Shown in pieces: positions 58,357 to 61,382 of a DNA stretch of 61,382 bases. The notes under the pieces were generated by a model. That model worked only from the letters and a program-made list of their open reading frames with translations. It was not told where the DNA came from and did not search any database. This stretch comes from a virus. Position 1 is the first letter of the stretch, and each line of letters starts with the position of its first letter. The DNA lies in IMG/VR virus record IMGVR_UViG_3300031673_000041, positions 1 to 61,382 of that record. The stretch is one strand, 5' to 3'. A program made the position numbers and the translations under genes.

Positions 58357-58950
58357 ATGGCTTATGCAACAGGGAACGCACTTCCACTTTCGGAAGTCAA
58401 TTCAAAACCAAGAGCAAATATGTTACAAGAGGATGCAGTCCCTTACTTGATCCCACTATCCGCCTTTCGATGGGCAGATGGATCTATTCCCAACATAACG
58501 GGGGCTGCGGGAAATCCCGCTCTTGTCATGGGAGGGTACGGATCAGGGACAGGAATTCTTCAGGGAGAAGATGCGCAGGCGGGACTCAAAACAGAAACCG
58601 TTTATTTTGATTTTGCTATTCCTGAATGTTATGTAGCTTCAGAAACGGTGATCATCGATGTGACCGCAAGATTCAATGACGCTGGTACAAATACCGAAGC
58701 TACAAAAACAATCGATATGCAAGCATACGAAATCGCAGAAGCAGGAACTGCGGGATCAGATATTTGTGCAACTGCGATTCAAACCTTGACCGCAGCAATG
58801 GCAAGTTATTCCTTTACGATTACAGATTCGGGTTTATCGGCAGGTGATCTATTGAGAGTATTTGTACAGTGCAAATTACAAGGCGATTCAAACGGAGCCT
58901 TAAAAGTTGAAATAGGTGGAGCGACTGTTAATCTGGACATTAAAGCGTGA
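58357..58950 (+). CDS. tail/baseplate-associated protein (197 aa)
   Basis: SD GGTGAGG upstream; call rests on position. Confidence 0.5.
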   Translation: MAYATGNALPLSEVNSKPRANMLQEDAVPYLIPLSAFRWADGSIPNITGAAGNPALVMGGYGSGTGILQGEDAQAGLKTETVYFDFAIPECYVASETVIIDVTARFNDAGTNTEATKTIDMQAYEIAEAGTAGSDICATAIQTLTAAMASYSFTITDSGLSAGDLLRVFVQCKLQGDSNGALKVEIGGATVNLDIKA

Positions 58951-59372
58951 CCACTTTATTAACATTTTACTATGGTTCGACGTCCATTACTTTTGATGAT
59001 CAGGAGTTGCATCGTGTCGAGATTAATCATTATCAAAAAATCAACTTGACCAGACTTCAAAATGGTCAACCGATATTAACTAAATTATCAGGAGAGCGAA
59101 GGGAAGCCGTGATCGATTTGAAGCCAGCATATATTTCCACAGCGGAGGACGTAGAGACTTTAATCGCATTAACAAATGTAATGGGAATGAGACTGGATAA
59201 TCTCGCAGGAACACAGCAAGAACTTTTCGCGGTCGTAATCGATCCGAATGCTGAAACATTTTACATCGGTGGAAGTTGGGATGGGGGAACGATCATGCGG
59301 ATCAGAGCAATTGAATCAACATCGGTTGTTATTCCAATAGACATATATAATGATATTATAGGAGTAGCGTAA
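58947..59372 (+). CDS. tail-associated protein (141 aa)
   Basis: GTGA overlap. Confidence 0.5.
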   Translation: MTTLLTFYYGSTSITFDDQELHRVEINHYQKINLTRLQNGQPILTKLSGERREAVIDLKPAYISTAEDVETLIALTNVMGMRLDNLAGTQQELFAVVIDPNAETFYIGGSWDGGTIMRIRAIESTSVVIPIDIYNDIIGVA

Positions 59373-59641
59373 TGGCAATTACAGCAGCAAAATGTTCAGT
59401 CCCTATATTAAACGTTACCCTTGGAGCGTGGGCCACAACGGCCTATACTATAGAGCTTCAGCCAACGGGTAGCGCATATCCGACCGGGAAAATTAATTGT
59501 ACCCGTGTTGGATCTACATTTGTATATACACCAGACTCGATCCCTGATGCTTATACTCATTACTGGGTATATATCGATGGTGAAGATTCTGGTAAACAAT
59601 TAGCTTGGGCGAGTGAGCCACAATTTGGAGGTGTTCCATGA
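59372..59641 (+). CDS. tail-associated protein (89 aa)
   Basis: TAATG overlap. Confidence 0.5.
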   Translation: MAITAAKCSVPILNVTLGAWATTAYTIELQPTGSAYPTGKINCTRVGSTFVYTPDSIPDAYTHYWVYIDGEDSGKQLAWASEPQFGGVP

Positions 59642-61382
59642 GAAAGTATTCAATCTTTTTATCAATATTATTATTTGCATCGATTTCATTCGGTCAAACC
59701 AATTGGCGAATGAACACAATGAGTGGTGCTTGGTTAGATATAACAAATGAGGAACACCGCCCGAACGATGCTTTTTCTCTTGTTGATTCGTCGGCAATTA
59801 AATTTCGATTGGCAGATGATGGGACGTGGTCGATCATTGTCTTAGATGAAGTGGGTAATATTCATGCGATCTTAGATTCTGTGGGATATTTAGGACTCAA
59901 TGGAATAACCGCTCCAACCGATCCATTACATATAAAAGCAGATGCCGGACATGACAATATTCATCTTGAAGAAAATTCGGGAACTGAGGATTGGCAAATT
60001 GGAGTTGATGCAGATGGAAGCATGACTTTTCAAGACGAAGGCACAACGAGAGTATTTTTTGAAGATGGAGGAGGTGTTGGGGTCAATATGACAGCCGCCC
60101 CAGACAAAGCCATTGAGATCAATTCTGCTACAGGTGCAAATCTAAGACTAACCTTTAATGATGCGAATGGAAGTGCCACATATTACACAGACTTGGAAAC
60201 AACAAGTACGGGCGGATTATCCATTGATGCAGTTGACGAAACAATAGACTTTAATGGTAATTATGCAGTAGACTTACAAAACATCCCCGATCTTGCAGCA
60301 GGAGCAGGAAAGACAGGGTATTGGCTCACAACGGATGATTATATAGAAGTAACAGATGATGCTGATATTGATTTTGGAACAGCCGATTTTTCTATTTTCA
60401 TCGGTGGATTGAGATTAAATAGTGTTACTGGAACGCAATACCTTATTAATAAAGAAGCTGGTGGAGTTGGCTACGGATTATACATAACAACAGATGATTT
60501 ATATATCCGCTTCGATGATAGCAATGTAGATGTTTCGGCAGTAATAGCTTCTAACGTTTTCGCAGTTGACACAGAATATGATATTACAGTTACTTTTGAT
60601 CGGGATGGAAATGCAACTGCTTATATTAATGGTGATTCAAAGGGAACAGTTGCCGTATCAACAGCAAGTCTTACTTTAAGCAATGCAGGAAATTTAAGAA
60701 TTGGCTGCACAACTGCTGGTGCAAGTTTTTTAAGTGGATCATTACAAGTTGTTTTGGTTTGGAGTAATGTATTAACATATGCAGAAGTGAAGTCATTAAA
60801 TGCTCCAATACCTTACAAATATCTGGGTGCGAGTCAGACAGCAAAATATACAAGTGATTTTAGCGCAGACGCAAATGGATGGACGGCGAGTGGGGGGACT
60901 GTTGCTGGAAATATTGAGCCGATTGGTGGAGAAAGTGATAATTTAAGATTTACAACAGATGCGGCAAATAGTACCCATTATATAAATCATTCAGCATTAT
61001 TAACAGTAGGAAAACAGTATAGAGTTACATTTTATTATTATATTCCTTCTGGACAAAGTAATATTGATGGGATCAAAGTAACAACATTTGCAGGAACGTC
61101 AATTTTAACAGAAACCGATGCGTGGACAATTAATTCGCTTGAGGGACTTGGATATTATACAAATATAAATATTAGTGCTTATGATGGAGCTGTTTCTACT
61201 TTCCAAGATGCTGGTGGAGATGATGTATTTTATATTCGTGGAATGACAGTTACCCAAATCGGCTGTGTTGCTCAGTATGAACCAGATGGGATTACACCTT
61301 TAACTTGGTATGCTGCAAGTGGAAACAGTTTAGACGGTACGGTTTCGGGAGCGATTGTGACAAATCCATTATCAAGTCTTAT
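59638..61382 (+). CDS. tail fibre / receptor-binding protein with LamG (concanavalin-like) and CBM-like domains; N-terminal part, continues at 128..716
   Basis: ATGA overlap start. N-terminal MRKYSIFLSILLFASISFGQ. LamG-like segment ADFSIFIGGLRLNS...NLRIGC...LQVVLVWSNVLTYAEVKSL (about 60335-60800). No in-frame stop before the window end; translated by eye. Confidence 0.75.
   Translation, partial: MRKYSIFLSILLFASISFGQTNWRMNTMSGAWLDITNEEHRPNDAFSLVDSSAIKFRLADDGTWSIIVLDEVGNIHAILDSVGYLGLNGITAPTDPLHIKADAGHDNIHLEENSGTEDWQIGVDADGSMTFQDEGTTRVFFEDGGGVGVNMTAAPDKAIEINSATGANLRLTFNDANGSATYYTDLETTSTGGLSIDAVDETIDFNGNYAVDLQNIPDLAAGAGKTGYWLTTDDYIEVTDDADIDFGTADFSIFIGGLRLNSVTGTQYLINKEAGGVGYGLYITTDDLYIRFDDSNVDVSAVIASNVFAVDTEYDITVTFDRDGNATAYINGDSKGTVAVSTASLTLSNAGNLRIGCTTAGASFLSGSLQVVLVWSNVLTYAEVKSLNAPIPYKYLGASQTAKYTSDFSADANGWTASGGTVAGNIEPIGGESDNLRFTTDAANSTHYINHSALLTVGKQYRVTFYYYIPSGQSNIDGIKVTTFAGTSILTETDAWTINSLEGLGYYTNINISAYDGAVSTFQDAGGDDVFYIRGMTVTQIGCVAQYEPDGITPLTWYAASGNSLDGTVSGAIVTNPLSSL
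61256..61382. repeat. terminal overlap identical to 1..127
   Basis: exact 127-bp match to the window start. Confidence 0.95.

Noticed and set aside
225-60853. All minus-strand ORFs in the supplied track (for example 225-521, 7933-8325, 14409-14741, 18296-18577, 24782-25159, 36359-36799, 50682-51140)
   Set aside because: Every one lies antisense inside a longer + strand ORF or across + strand SD/start sites. None has its own SD or a recognisable motif. Their compositions are low-complexity, typical of shadow frames. The genome reads as a single-strand gene train.
39295-61382. Diversity-generating retroelement acting on the fibre, LVIVD or repeat proteins
   Set aside because: There is no reverse transcriptase ORF (no YxDD-type motif seen). 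There is also no template/variable repeat pair with adenine-specific differences. The repeats in 39295-42273 are in-frame protein repeats.

Overview
The window is one closed phage genome. Bases 1-127 are identical to 61256-61382, so the unique length is about 61,255 bp. It is an AT-rich tailed dsDNA phage with a siphovirus-type tail module: a long tape measure gene and no sheath gene.

I call about 130 CDS, all on the + strand. They are tightly packed, and nearly all have an AGGAGG-like Shine-Dalgarno site or an ATGA/TAATG stop-start overlap. All minus-strand ORFs in the track look like shadow ORFs.

Gene order from the window start:
- 1-716: 3' end of a tail-fibre gene that wraps the junction.
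- 726-2510: lysis cassette, an M15 peptidase plus membrane proteins.
- 2511-2963: terminator and a ~440-bp AT-rich non-coding switch region.
- 2964-24978: early/DNA-metabolism region of many small genes. It includes a PD-(D/E)XK exonuclease, a zinc-ribbon protein with an SSB-like tail, a VRR-NUC nuclease, a metallophosphatase and a NinB-like protein. It also holds an HTH-methyltransferase-radical SAM operon, a DnaD/DUF4373-type replisome organizer and an RlaP-like nucleotidyltransferase.
- 25130-42273: packaging and head genes (TerS, TerL, portal, Mu-F-like protein, protease-scaffold, major capsid), ending in a 992-aa repeat protein.
- 42822-46352: a glycan-type modification island inside the structural module, with a radical SAM/twitch enzyme, a SAM methyltransferase and two GT-B-like proteins.
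- 46364-61382: head-tail joining and tail genes, including a 1426-aa tape measure, a tail protein with a 7-blade LVIVD propeller and a LamG-containing fibre.

I saw no integrase, DNA polymerase, helicase, CRISPR array or reverse transcriptase.

The items I would follow up first are:
- the HTH/GNAT-like-MTase/SPL-like radical SAM operon;
- the structural-module glycan island next to the Thr/Ser/Ala/Gly-rich 992-aa protein;
- three G+C-rich structured-RNA candidates in intergenic gaps, one of them tRNA-like and abutting the nucleotidyltransferase gene;
- a four-copy promoter cassette.

All family assignments come from motif recognition by eye. No database search was run.
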